DNA from: Caldivirga maquilingensis IC-167
Lineage (GTDB): Archaea; Thermoproteota; Thermoprotei; Thermoproteales; Thermocladiaceae
DNA: 32,000 bases
Assembly: GCF_000018305.1 (NCBI RefSeq)
Contig: NC_009954.1
Coordinates: 630,001-662,000 of the forward strand
Reading direction: 5' to 3'
Part shown: piece by piece, positions 7,813 to 17,404 of the stretch
Layout of the letters: every line of letters starts with the position of its first letter
How positions within the stretch are numbered: position 1 is the stretch's first letter
Position numbers and translations under genes: made by a program
Notes under the pieces: model-generated
Told to the model about the DNA's origin: nothing
Database searches by the model: none
The model's input: only the letters and a program-made list of their open reading frames with translations

Positions 7813-8874
7813 TTAACTTAAGCTGCTTGGAGCATATCTCTCCTTGCCTGATTCAAGAAGCCAGACGTCATTCTTCTTAGCTTCCTCAATTGCATTGGGA
7901 ATAATCCTCATGCAGTATAATACCTTAATTACCCGTCCAGGTAACTTATCAGGCATAATTCTTCCCAATTCCTCAATCCTACTTACAAGTCTTTGAATGG
8001 TTTTTGGACCAGCCCGAACCTTAGCTTCACCAATAATGGTTAATTGGCCATTAGTTCCATAAATGTCGAACTCATACCTAGTGTTAAAGTGAATTGGACT
8101 GGTGACTATGATTAATCCCCTTTGCTTAAGATAATATTGAACAACATCATTAGCCTCCTCCTCAAGACTAATACTCATCCTCTCCTGCATAGCCTTAATC
8201 CCCCTAATCTCCCTCCATATCTTATCCTGCCCTTCTCTTAACGCCTTTATTTCTTGCCATATTTTATTATTTTCCTCTTTTATTGCTTTGATTTCTTGCC
8301 ATATTTTATTATTCTCTTCCCTTAGTGCTTTTAATTCCTCCTCATGCCTCTGCTCCACCTCCCTCAAAGCCTTAACCTCCTCCCATAGTTTATTCTGTCC
8401 TTCCTGTAGGTTCTTGACTACTTCCCATAGTTTATTCTGTCCTTCTCTTAATGCTTTAACCTCCTCCCAGAGCCTATTCTGTTCCTCTCTTAAAGCCTTA
8501 ACCTCTTCCCAAAGCTTATTCTGCCCCTCCTGTAATGCCTTAACTTGTTCCTGTAGTGTCTTGACTTGCCCTTGTAGATTCCTAACCTCCTCCCATAGTT
8601 TATTTTGTCCTTCTTGAAGTGCCTTAACCTGTTCCTGTAGGTTCTTGACTGCTTCCCAAAGCTTATTTTGTCCTTCTTGTAGTGTCTTTATTTCGCTTCT
8701 AGTTTCAGTCTCCTCCTTAATGAGTGTGTTGACGGCATTGGTTAATGCGTTAACAGACTCAATTAATCGAGCCAAGGAGGCATTAACATCACTAATACCA
8801 AGAAGCCTCATAACCTCACCCCTAAACCCAGCATCCTCCCTCAACAAACGCAAAAACTCATCACGAAAAGACAC
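7813..8874 (-). CDS. Coiled-coil repeat protein with C-terminal PD-(D/E)xK-like nuclease core (DUF3782-like N-terminus by recollection)
   Basis: GTG start, with a TATA box (8897-8904) about 26 nt upstream. Residues 65-227 are 14-residue repeats (LQEGQNKLWEEVKA and variants). The C-terminal 120 aa contain EFDIYG...LTIIGEAKVR, i.e. D ... ExK in the beta-strand context typical of restriction-endonuclease-like folds. Confidence 0.8.
   Translation of the reverse strand: MSFRDEFLRLLREDAGFRGEVMRLLGISDVNASLARLIESVNALTNAVNTLIKEETETRSEIKTLQEGQNKLWEAVKNLQEQVKALQEGQNKLWEEVRNLQGQVKTLQEQVKALQEGQNKLWEEVKALREEQNRLWEEVKALREGQNKLWEVVKNLQEGQNKLWEEVKALREVEQRHEEELKALREENNKIWQEIKAIKEENNKIWQEIKALREGQDKIWREIRGIKAMQERMSISLEEEANDVVQYYLKQRGLIIVTSPIHFNTRYEFDIYGTNGQLTIIGEAKVRAGPKTIQRLVSRIEELGRIMPDKLPGRVIKVLYCMRIIPNAIEEAKKNDVWLLESGKERYAPSSLS
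8194..8682 (-). repeat. In-frame tandem repeat array, 42-bp (14-codon) unit with occasional 21-bp half units
   Basis: Tryptophans of the KLW/KIW core fall at residues 73, 94, 122, 136, 150, 164, 192, 206 and 220. The spacings are 21, 28, 14, 14, 14, 28, 14, 14, all multiples of 7. Confidence 0.85.
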
Positions 8875-8935
8875 GGAAATTAAGATTTTATTAATAATTT
8901 ATAAGCCTTTCCATTCAACTCGAGTGGCGCTAAGA

Positions 8936-9655
8936 TTATTTATGGTACTTAAGGCTTCCTATTATTAGACTTGGATTATCTGTAGTTACTTCATCAACTC
9001 CCATTCTGGTTAATTTAACAGCAATGTTAACATCGTTTACAGTCCAAGCGCCAATCTTTAAACCAGACTCATGGGCGATATTAACGTCACTTTCATTAAT
9101 TAGCGTATACTCTGCTTGAAGCCATTGAGCCTTTAACTTTCTAGCAGCATCAATAAACCACCTGGCCTTACCTACGAATATTAATCCTAATTCCACTGAA
9201 TCATCAAGCTGCCTAACTCTCTCAAGTGCATCGAAATCAAAGGACACTATCTTAGCTCTTACATTATATTTCCTAACAAGGTTAAGTACCTTTTCCTCAA
9301 TGCCAGGGTATACGTCGCTACCGTGTTTAAGTTCAATTACGAAACTTGTTTTATTACCAAGTTCCTTAAGCACCTCATCAAGAGTCGGTATCCTGACTCC
9401 ACGCCACTTTGCATCAAACTTAACTCCAGCGTCAAGGTTCCTCAACTCATTGGTTGTGTGATCCTTAACGTAGCCTGATCCTGTGGTCGTCCTATCTAAT
9501 GTATCATCATGGATCACAACTGGTTCACCATCCTTAGTCATATGTACATCTAATTCAATACCATCCACACCGGCTTCAATAGCCATCTTAAACGATGGTA
9601 TTGTATTCTCCGGGGCACAGCACCTAGCTCCCCTATGTCCAATAATCAATACCAT
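8936..9655 (-). CDS. Glycerophosphodiester phosphodiesterase (GDPD family)
   Basis: Contains IIGHRGA...PENT...GVDGIELDVHMTKDGEPVVIHDDTLDRTT, the canonical GDPD N-terminal signature. 239 aa. Confidence 0.85.
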   Translation of the reverse strand: MVLIIGHRGARCCAPENTIPSFKMAIEAGVDGIELDVHMTKDGEPVVIHDDTLDRTTTGSGYVKDHTTNELRNLDAGVKFDAKWRGVRIPTLDEVLKELGNKTSFVIELKHGSDVYPGIEEKVLNLVRKYNVRAKIVSFDFDALERVRQLDDSVELGLIFVGKARWFIDAARKLKAQWLQAEYTLINESDVNIAHESGLKIGAWTVNDVNIAVKLTRMGVDEVTTDNPSLIIGSLKYHK

Positions 9656-9665
9656 AGGTTTAACT

Positions 9666-11309
9666 CTACTGATGAATGTTTTTAAGTATACTTAACATTA
9701 AGTCTATGTTTAACTCACCGATAACCGTAGGCTTCTCAATACCTAGATTAACCAGTACTTCTGGGTCAACTTCACCAATGCATCCGATACTTGTGTCATT
9801 CACTAACACCTCTACTGCACGTACAGGTATGAAGGGTTTGCTACTGCATTTGCGTAGGTTAATGCTCATTCCTAATGCCCTGAGAAGTGACTTAACTATT
9901 GATAATCCATCAGTCAATGTGTATCCATCACCCATGAGTAATATGCCAATCCTCCTGCTGGTAACTGCCTCATTATCCTTTAACTCAATTACATCACCCA
10001 CCTCGAAGGCTTCCAGTTTACCAACAAGCCTTTGATTAATCTTAACTGTTAGGAGTAGTGACGGTATAAGCGAACTGCGGAGCGCTGAGTAGTCCCTAAT
10101 TTTAGGATTACTTAATTTAATGAAGTTAACTAAACCAATATTCCTCATAACCTCATCACTGGTTAAGTTAAAATTAACCACCTCCTGTAGCCCCATACCA
10201 AGTAATAAATCCCTAATAACACCGCTTAGGTACTCCACAGGGTGCTTGATGCCAAAGTGAGTTGATGGTGGTAGGTTTGGTTCAAGGTTATTGTAACCGA
10301 GACCAATGGCGACATCCTCTATCACATCAACGTAACTGTGGACATCAATCCTATAGGGTGGGGCAAGGACATCAATTGAGTCACCCATGATTGAGGCTTT
10401 AAGCCCCATTCTTGTTAATACATTAATAACCGTGTTGGCTTCAAGCCTTATGCCCAGTAAATCCTCAACATCCCTTAGCTTAACGTTAACCTTAATCCAC
10501 TTAAGGCTTGGGGTGATTTCACTACTGTTTCCAGTAACCTCAATGGACTCTATTATGGGATTCCTAGACCTCTCAGCCACTGAGGTAACCATAATGTTTA
10601 ATACGTGTTTCATTAACCCAGGTTCAATACCGGTTACATCAATTAACACGTTCCTAGTGGATTCAGTTATCTTAGTTTCCTCACCATTAAGTATTGGTGG
10701 GAATGAGAGCACCCTCCCCTCACTATCAATTAATAATGGATACTCCCCAGGTTTAACTAAACTTGAGTACGCCCTACCCTTCTCAGTTAACTTAAGTACA
10801 TCAGTAAGTGTCATGGATTCACTGTAGCCTAATGGCCTATAGGTAGCCTCCTTAACGGCAACGTAACTGAAGGGTGGCTTAACAGTGTCAAGGTCATATA
10901 GGCCTATTGATACTAGTCTCCTGTCACCACCATAATCCTTATGCAGTATCTCCTGAAGCTGAAAGAGTTGCCTAATGGCCTCATCATTAAGTTCAACGTT
11001 CCTTACAATGGCCATGTATGCGTAAGGCCTATACTCCGGCGCCTTAGTTATATCCAGCCTAGTGACCGGCCCATTGATACTGTACTGCGGGATGCTTCTT
11101 GAGCCTAGGTATATGCCTATAGCCCTCCCAAGCCCCTCAGCTGAGAATAAATCAGGTCTATCGTAGTTAAGCTCAATAGCCGCGTAATCACCCTTAACCT
11201 CAGTGACCTCACCTTTAAGAACCTCAACAACCTCCCTCAGCCTACTGATTGTTAAATCAACCCGCGCTATTGAGGATAGGTCTCTTAAGGAGACTTCAAT
11301 AGTCGGCAC
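9666..11309 (-). CDS. pheT: Phenylalanine--tRNA ligase beta subunit (archaeal type)
   Basis: 547 aa. It lies immediately downstream of pheS with no gap (TAA then GTG). B3/4 and B5 domain-like sequence and an archaeal PheT length. Confidence 0.9.
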   Translation of the reverse strand: MPTIEVSLRDLSSIARVDLTISRLREVVEVLKGEVTEVKGDYAAIELNYDRPDLFSAEGLGRAIGIYLGSRSIPQYSINGPVTRLDITKAPEYRPYAYMAIVRNVELNDEAIRQLFQLQEILHKDYGGDRRLVSIGLYDLDTVKPPFSYVAVKEATYRPLGYSESMTLTDVLKLTEKGRAYSSLVKPGEYPLLIDSEGRVLSFPPILNGEETKITESTRNVLIDVTGIEPGLMKHVLNIMVTSVAERSRNPIIESIEVTGNSSEITPSLKWIKVNVKLRDVEDLLGIRLEANTVINVLTRMGLKASIMGDSIDVLAPPYRIDVHSYVDVIEDVAIGLGYNNLEPNLPPSTHFGIKHPVEYLSGVIRDLLLGMGLQEVVNFNLTSDEVMRNIGLVNFIKLSNPKIRDYSALRSSLIPSLLLTVKINQRLVGKLEAFEVGDVIELKDNEAVTSRRIGILLMGDGYTLTDGLSIVKSLLRALGMSINLRKCSSKPFIPVRAVEVLVNDTSIGCIGEVDPEVLVNLGIEKPTVIGELNIDLMLSILKNIHQ

Positions 11310-12806
11310 TTAAATCACCCCAATGGGAGTCTTCATTGAGTCTATTTCCTTAACATTATTAGTGTAGAGGGTTCTAATATCATCAACGCCAAGGACAACC
11401 ATTGCCAACCTATCTATCCCAACACCCCAAGCCGCAACCTTATACTCACTACCTAAGCCAACTATCCTAAGCACCTCAGGTCTAAACATGCCTCCGGGGA
11501 AAACCTCAAGTTGACCAAGCTTCGGGTGCTTCACGTAACCTTCAACGCTCGGTTCAGTGAAGGGGAAGTACGCCGGCTTAAAGTAAACCCTACCAAGCCT
11601 AAGCCTATTAGCAAGCTCGGTGAAGAAGCCCAGTAGATTCCTGAAGGTAACCCCCCTACCCACTATTATGCCTTCAAGCTGGTGAAACTCCATGAAGTGC
11701 GTGGCATCGGGTGTATCAGGTCTGTAAACCCTATCAAGTGAAAACAACCTATACTCCCCCGGCCCCCTATGGTAAATCTGCTTAATAGTAACCAGTGTAG
11801 TGTGTGTTCTTAAAAGTACCCTAAGGGCCTCATCCCTACTCCACTCATACGACCAAACTAACCTATGCTGCTCACTAGCCCTCTCCATAACCTCCCCTGG
11901 GGCTTCCCTTGGCTTTAGCTTGTTCTCAACGTAGAATACGTCGGTTTCACGTCTAGCCGGGTGGTATTGAGGCACTAGGAGGGTGTCGAAGTTCCATAAG
12001 GCTGCATCAACGTGTTCATCCTTAACCTCCTCAAACCCCATGGCCACTAACTCATCTCTAACCTGATTTAGGAACTGAATGAAGGGGTGCTTACGCCTAA
12101 TAGGCCTTAAAGGCACCTCCACCGTTAAGTCAAATTCCTTAAAGACCCCGCCCCTCCAGGAACCTGAGGCTAAGTCAGCTGAGGTTAGGCTGGTTATTAC
12201 CCTTGCACTGGTTAATTGACCACTCCTATAAAGGTTTAAGGCCTCCTGGGTCGCAGCCACTATGAGTCTCTTCACTTGATGAACCTTAACAAGTCCCCTC
12301 CGCCTAGCCTCCTCTACGTATTCAGGTAATTCACCAGTGTACTCTACTTCACCTTTAATGTTGTTTAGGAATGTTTTAAGTTCATTAATGTAATTCCTGA
12401 ATTCACCCTCATCACCGGTTAAGTTAATTACACTACCACTTAGGTTAACTGCCTTAAGCCTCCTAAGCCTACCCAAGGCGGCTGTGAGCTCCTCCTTACT
12501 TAAATTCATTGATTGACTTAACTCACTTAAGTTAGCCTTACCACCCAATTCCCTTAACCGGGCTATGAGCCTCTCCTCAGGTAGGCCTATTCTTAAGTAC
12601 TCTTCACCAAGGTCTGTTAACGCAATCCTCGTGACTAACCGGTATTCAATTCTAATGAACTCCCTTGCCTTAAGTTCCTCAAGATCCCTCATAATGTCCT
12701 CAGTTCTCTTACCCACCTTACTAGCTAAGGAATCTGCGTCAATAGGCTCATTAACCTCAACCAGCACTTTAATTATACTGTACTGTAATGGTGGTAATAC
12801 AATCAT
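11310..12806 (-). CDS. pheS: Phenylalanine--tRNA ligase alpha subunit
   Basis: 498 aa. Class II motifs are present (QYHPARRETDVFYV; FRPDTPDATHFMEFHQLEG; GVGIDRLAM). The N-terminal wHTH repeats are typical of archaeal PheS. Confidence 0.9.
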   Translation of the reverse strand: MIVLPPLQYSIIKVLVEVNEPIDADSLASKVGKRTEDIMRDLEELKAREFIRIEYRLVTRIALTDLGEEYLRIGLPEERLIARLRELGGKANLSELSQSMNLSKEELTAALGRLRRLKAVNLSGSVINLTGDEGEFRNYINELKTFLNNIKGEVEYTGELPEYVEEARRRGLVKVHQVKRLIVAATQEALNLYRSGQLTSARVITSLTSADLASGSWRGGVFKEFDLTVEVPLRPIRRKHPFIQFLNQVRDELVAMGFEEVKDEHVDAALWNFDTLLVPQYHPARRETDVFYVENKLKPREAPGEVMERASEQHRLVWSYEWSRDEALRVLLRTHTTLVTIKQIYHRGPGEYRLFSLDRVYRPDTPDATHFMEFHQLEGIIVGRGVTFRNLLGFFTELANRLRLGRVYFKPAYFPFTEPSVEGYVKHPKLGQLEVFPGGMFRPEVLRIVGLGSEYKVAAWGVGIDRLAMVVLGVDDIRTLYTNNVKEIDSMKTPIGVI

Positions 12807-12847
12807 ATTCTACATCCCCGCTTACCAACCCTTATTAAGCTTAACAC

Positions 12848-14002
12848 CTAGCTGTTCATTAATGTGCATTGTGGGTCAGGGCCATTTAATGAACCATACT
12901 TAGCGTAAACCCTAGCTGGGCACCCTCCCCGGCATATTTTAAAGAATGGGCATGTAAGACATAATGGACTGGGTACTCTGTTTCTAAAGGCCTTGAACCC
13001 ACTTACCCACACCTTACTCAACTCATCCCGCCTAACATTACCTTCCCTAAACTCCGGTCGCATTAATAATTCGCAACCGTAAATATCACCATTGGAGTCA
13101 ATCACAAGCCTACTCCTACCTGCTGGGCATGTACCATAGTTAACCACCTTAAGCCCATTAAGTAACCCCTCAGTCTCACGGTAAGCTTTACTCATAAGGT
13201 TCAGTAACCCGAACCTAAAGCCACTGTACACTACCTTAACATTAACATCACTTAATTCACTTAACTTAATTAAAACCTCATGGGCTAATTCATTACTAAT
13301 ACCTAAGCCCCCTCCGCTAGCCCTACCGAATTCCTGAACCCTAATGAAGGTTACCACAGGAATCTTTAAATCGGAGGCTAGTTTAACGAAGTCCTTTACG
13401 TAATCAGCATTACTGATTGTGACCGTGTACGATAATGATACCGTTACCCCAGCATCCTTAAGGTACTTAATAGCGTTTATGGCTTTACTGAAGGATCCAT
13501 GACCCCTAATAGCATCATTAATCACTGGATTAGGCCCATCAAGACTCACTTGAACCTGATCCACCCCTGAATCCCTTAACTTAACTGCAGCCTCCTCGCT
13601 TACTAAGGTTCCATTAGTGCTTAGGGAAACAATCATACCATTCTCCTTACCCCTCTTAACTATGTCTAGTAAACCCCTATTAAGTAGAAGGAGGGGTTCA
13701 CCTCCAAGTAAGTAAAGGTACCTTACCCCCAATTTACCCAACTCATCCACAACCCTTATCCATTCACCAGCATTAAGTTCATTGGGTAATGGTTTTGAGG
13801 CTGATACGTAACAGGTAGCGCACCTGAGGTTGCATGCCCTGGTTAAGTAAAGGGTGGCATCCACTGGATTACCTGAACCAAGTGACTTAACAAGACTCTC
13901 AGTGTAGTCTCCGGTATTAAGCGCCAGGATGTGAGTTAATGGTGTTGCAGGGCACTCTGTGAGGAAGATTAACCCCATATCCTTAATTAATTCACTGGTC
14001 AA
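12848..14002 (-). CDS. Radical SAM enzyme with complete C-terminal SPASM domain (substrate unknown)
   Basis: CNLRCATCY is the CX3CX2C radical-SAM cluster motif. The C-terminus has GDIYGC, then CLTCPFFKICRGGC (CX2CX5CX3C), then a final Cys, which is the 7-Cys SPASM pattern. TTG start, with a TATA box (14024-14034) about 27 nt upstream. Confidence 0.85.
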   Translation of the reverse strand: MTSELIKDMGLIFLTECPATPLTHILALNTGDYTESLVKSLGSGNPVDATLYLTRACNLRCATCYVSASKPLPNELNAGEWIRVVDELGKLGVRYLYLLGGEPLLLLNRGLLDIVKRGKENGMIVSLSTNGTLVSEEAAVKLRDSGVDQVQVSLDGPNPVINDAIRGHGSFSKAINAIKYLKDAGVTVSLSYTVTISNADYVKDFVKLASDLKIPVVTFIRVQEFGRASGGGLGISNELAHEVLIKLSELSDVNVKVVYSGFRFGLLNLMSKAYRETEGLLNGLKVVNYGTCPAGRSRLVIDSNGDIYGCELLMRPEFREGNVRRDELSKVWVSGFKAFRNRVPSPLCLTCPFFKICRGGCPARVYAKYGSLNGPDPQCTLMNS

Positions 14003-14160
14003 GTTAATTCACCTATCTCAACTGTTTTTAATAACATTCCGGTTAAAAAATATTTTGCAACTTTACTTTAATAAATGTATTAATAAATGAATATACTGAT
14101 AATACATTAGTGCAATCATAGGTAATTCATCTTAATTACCGCTGACCCTGCTACTGGTTT

Positions 14161-14850
14161 TCAAAGAACCTTGTACTTACCCCATATGTCTTTAAGGTAG
14201 GCGCCTCTTCTTAACTCACTCTTAGCGGTGCTTTCCCTATTCACCTTCTCAATAGCCCTATTAATGACTTCACTCATAACTTCCTTAGGTACTATGACTA
14301 CGCCGTTAATGTCGCCGAAAACTAAGTCACCCACCTTAACCCTCACATCACCCACGGTTACCTCAATTCCATGACCCTTAAACTCACCCCTACCCTTAAT
14401 ATCATACGGCGTTTTACCCACTGCGAACACTGGGAATCCAAGTCTTAAAACCTGGTTAACATCCCTAATTAAACCATGCACAACAACACCCCTAGCACCT
14501 CTAGCCATTGCTGCAGTGCTTGTTAATTCACCCCAAACAGCAGTCCTACCTCTAATAGTCTCCTCAACCTCAATAACGATTACTGAATCCTCTGGAACTG
14601 CATCCACAGCTTCAATTAGTCCCTCATAAGGGTTATCTGGGTTAGGGTCATTGGCTTCACCAACGTACATTGGGTATGCATACCCCATAACCACGTAATC
14701 AGGGTTAATTGGAAGTATGTAACTTGGTAATGCATGATTATAAATGCCTAATTCATCCAATGCATCTGAAATAACTGGTGAGTAGAGTACTCTACTTAAG
14801 TACTCGAAGTTCACTGGGATCCACCTTAACTGCTTCAGTATTAATTTCAT
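14161..14850 (-). CDS. RraA-family protein (RraA / 4-hydroxy-4-methyl-2-oxoglutarate aldolase-like)
   Basis: WGELTSTAAMARGARGVVVHGLIRDV matches the RraA-family core motif (G-x-l-x-A-x-x-x-G-x-x-G-x-V-x-d-G-x-x-RD). 229 aa. Confidence 0.75.
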   Translation of the reverse strand: MKLILKQLRWIPVNFEYLSRVLYSPVISDALDELGIYNHALPSYILPINPDYVVMGYAYPMYVGEANDPNPDNPYEGLIEAVDAVPEDSVIVIEVEETIRGRTAVWGELTSTAAMARGARGVVVHGLIRDVNQVLRLGFPVFAVGKTPYDIKGRGEFKGHGIEVTVGDVRVKVGDLVFGDINGVVIVPKEVMSEVINRAIEKVNRESTAKSELRRGAYLKDIWGKYKVL

Positions 14851-14951
14851 TAAATACTTTACCTAGATTTAATTTCGTTAAATTCACCTGCTCGGCTTTA
14901 AACACAGTATCATCCTTAAAAAGGGCCTGGAGGCAACTGCATTGGTAATTC

Positions 14952-15611
14952 ATGGGGAGGGTGATAATTGTTGATCATCCCCTGGCCCAGGACATATTAA
15001 CAACACTTAGGGATAAGAGGACGGGCCAAATTGAGTTTAGGAAGGGGTTGGTTAGGCTTGGTAGGTTAGTGGGTTATGAGATAATTAAGTCCTTTGAAAC
15101 CTATAATGTGGAGGTTGAGACACCCCTTGGTGTTAAGGCTAGGGGGATTAGGATTAAGGATGTTGATAAGGTCATAATAGTTCAGGTACTTAGGGCGGCA
15201 ATGCCCATGGTTGAGGGTCTTCTTAAGGCCTTCCCAGCGGCTAGAATAGGTGTTGTTAGCGCCAGGAGGGTTGAGAATACTCATGTGCCTGGTTCAATGG
15301 AGTTTCAAATAGATGTCGGTTACTATAGGATTCCTGAAATACATGGTGACGATACGTTAATTGTGGTTGACCCAATGTTAGCCACCGGGTCAACAATATT
15401 ATCCACCTTAAACATAGTGTATAGGCATGGTAAACCTAAGAGAACTATTACAGTTCACGTAATAGGCACTAGGTACGCCATAGATAGGGTACTAGCCAAG
15501 TACCCGGATATTGACGTTTACCTAGTTGCCGTTGACCCTGAGTTGAATGAGAGGGGATTCATTGTACCTGGGCTTGGGGACGCTGGGGATAGGGCCTACG
15601 GTGAAGCCTAG
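14952..15611 (+). CDS. upp: Uracil phosphoribosyltransferase
   Basis: 219 aa. The PRPP-binding loop is [13 protein letters not shown] and the C-terminus has GLGDAGDR, both typical of Upp. Confidence 0.85.
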   Translation: MGRVIIVDHPLAQDILTTLRDKRTGQIEFRKGLVRLGRLVGYEIIKSFETYNVEVETPLGVKARGIRIKDVDKVIIVQVLRAAMPMVEGLLKAFPAARIGVVSARRVENTHVPGSMEFQIDVGYYRIPEIHGDDTLIVVDPMLATGSTILSTLNIVYRHGKPKRTITVHVIGTRYAIDRVLAKYPDIDVYLVAVDPELNERGFIVPGLGDAGDRAYGEA

Positions 15612-16684
15612 GATCTCCAACTACTCCCCTTCTTACCCCCAGCCTCAAGGAATGCCTCAACGGATTGCGCTATCCTCATGCCGTGGGACAATGCCTTACC
15701 AATTAAAGTCGGGCCATTTGTTACGTCGCCAGCCGCAAAGACACCGAGCCTGGTTGTTCTACCTTGGGCATCAGTATCTATGGTGCCGTTTTGCCTTAAC
15801 TTCACACCGCAGCACTCCTTCCTCATGGGTGGTGTTGGTATTTCACCAACCGCTGATATTAAGGTATCTACGTTGAGTATGAATTCAGAACCAGGTATTG
15901 GCTCTGGGGCAGGTCTACCTGAGGCATCCGGCTTACCTAGCCTCATTTTAATCATCTTAACAGCCTCAACGTACTCCTTACCATTAACCTCCACCGGTAG
16001 TGTTAATTCAAGGAGCTTAACCCCCCTTTGAATTAACCTATTTATCTCAGCCTTACCGGCAGGGGCCTCGTTTATGGTCCTCCTGTAGGATAAGTAAACC
16101 TCCTTAGCCCCCTCTAATTGAGACTCTATTGCAGCATCAACAGCGGTTAAACCAGCCCCAACCACCATGGACTTTAGGCCTGTTTTAAAAACTTCAGATT
16201 TAGGTAAGTAACCATGTTGGCTTGCGTATATTCTGAATAAGTAATCGAGGGCTAGGTATGATCCTTTAAGATTCTCCCCAGGGATTTTAAGCCTCCTGGA
16301 TTCCCAAGTCCCTGTGGCTATTACTAAGGCGTCGTATTTATCAATCAACTCCTCCAAGTGAATCTTACTTTTAACGAACTGATCACCCTCAATACTGTAC
16401 TCTTCATCGCAAATAACCTTAACATTACTGAAGAAGTTAACACCCAGTTCCCTAAGTTCCCTCACCCCAGCCCTAATGTTATTCCAAGGTAGTCTCCAAT
16501 TGGGTATTGCGAAGAGCGTCATTCCACCTGGTTCAGGCATCCTATCGTAGACATCCACATCATACCCCTTGCATATTAAGTAACCAGCCGCACCCAGGCC
16601 CGCCGGCCCAGCCCCAATTATAGCCACCTTCCCCTGCCTCTTACTGATCTTCTGACCTGGACTACACTTCAATGCAAACTTCAT
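15608..16684 (-). CDS. FAD/NAD(P)-dependent oxidoreductase, glutamate-synthase small-subunit (GltD)-like, without the N-terminal Fe-S domain
   Basis: [36 protein letters not shown] is the GltD-type dinucleotide fold. A second Rossmann motif ([13 protein letters not shown]) and a C-terminal GVFAAGDV are present. At 358 aa it starts directly at the FAD motif. Confidence 0.75.
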   Translation of the reverse strand: MKFALKCSPGQKISKRQGKVAIIGAGPAGLGAAGYLICKGYDVDVYDRMPEPGGMTLFAIPNWRLPWNNIRAGVRELRELGVNFFSNVKVICDEEYSIEGDQFVKSKIHLEELIDKYDALVIATGTWESRRLKIPGENLKGSYLALDYLFRIYASQHGYLPKSEVFKTGLKSMVVGAGLTAVDAAIESQLEGAKEVYLSYRRTINEAPAGKAEINRLIQRGVKLLELTLPVEVNGKEYVEAVKMIKMRLGKPDASGRPAPEPIPGSEFILNVDTLISAVGEIPTPPMRKECCGVKLRQNGTIDTDAQGRTTRLGVFAAGDVTNGPTLIGKALSHGMRIAQSVEAFLEAGGKKGSSWRS

Positions 16685-16771
16685 GAATTAGGCTCTGTTT
16701 CACTATTTTTAATGTTTTTCACACGACCTTTAATTCAGTATTATGTTCATTTTATATACCTAGATGAAACC

Positions 16772-17296
16772 TCATCCCTGTTCCTTAACCTGAATTCCAC
16801 TTGAAATACAAGCTAACTTACCGGCTTCACGGGGATTAGTTACGTAAAGTATCCTGGAGGTTCTCCTATCATCAACGTAATCTGGGAAGGCTAACTCAAG
16901 TCTATCCGTTGGGAAACCCGTGCCCTTAAGCACTATGGTTGGTTTACCCATGGCGTATGCTAAAAGCGCCTCCATTATTGTTCCAACAGCCCCACCAATA
17001 GCTATAAGTGAATCACTACTCCTAACTAACACCACTGACCTTTCCCTAAACTCCATACCAGTCCTCACGATTACAGCATCCTTAGGGGCCTCAATGTTCT
17101 CGTTCTCAATAGGCAGTATTAACACGACCCTTAACCCCCTTGAGATGGCTTCATCAGCCACAACCCTCATTAATCCCCAGTAGCCGCCTAGAAGTATGGT
17201 GGGTTTACATTGGGTTAAGCCATCTATAACATCCTTAACGGCTTTAACATGCTCATCCCTGTATTCACCACTGTGGGCTGCAATGGCCACCTGCAT
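16772..17296 (-). CDS. TIGR00725 / LOG-like (SLOG superfamily) Rossmann protein
   Basis: Contains LLGGYWGLMRVVADEAISRGLRVVLILP and IAIGGAVGTIMEALLAYAMGKPTIVL, the two conserved blocks of the TIGR00725/LOG family as I recall them. Confidence 0.65.
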   Translation of the reverse strand: MQVAIAAHSGEYRDEHVKAVKDVIDGLTQCKPTILLGGYWGLMRVVADEAISRGLRVVLILPIENENIEAPKDAVIVRTGMEFRERSVVLVRSSDSLIAIGGAVGTIMEALLAYAMGKPTIVLKGTGFPTDRLELAFPDYVDDRRTSRILYVTNPREAGKLACISSGIQVKEQG

Positions 17297-17404
17297 GCTG
17301 CGTTAAGTAAATGGGTGGTATAAAGTATTGCCTCATTTCCTAAATCATTCACTCCTCTTAACATCAGATTTATTAAGGTAGAAGAATAAGTAGATGACGT
17401 AGTA

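Noticed and set aside
8194-8682. Regular 42-bp periodic repeats that could be mistaken for a CRISPR-like or satellite array.
   Set aside because: The repeats are in frame within a long ORF, have no unique spacers, and encode a heptad-based coiled coil. This is a coding tandem repeat, not CRISPR.
8288-8968. Plus-strand ORFs 8288-8617 and 8645-8968, and similar antisense ORFs at 2364-2561, 3091-3366, 3132-3374, 5135-5338, 9483-10035, 10387-10827, 12565-12903, 15066-15284, 15547-16031, 16920-17183, 18268-18679, 18737-18952, 20008-20208, 20251-20562, 21633-21854, 22817-23239, 24622-24837, 25264-25497, 26266-26451, 27793-28057, 28099-28308, 28625-28963, 29082-29783 and 30363-30584.
   Set aside because: All lie opposite well-supported genes and encode low-complexity S/L/T/P-rich peptides typical of antisense shadow frames.
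12807-14160. Search for a RiPP precursor peptide next to the radical SAM/SPASM gene.
   Set aside because: The flanking spacers (41 and 158 bp) contain only promoter-like AT-rich sequence, with no plausible short ORF with a start signal.
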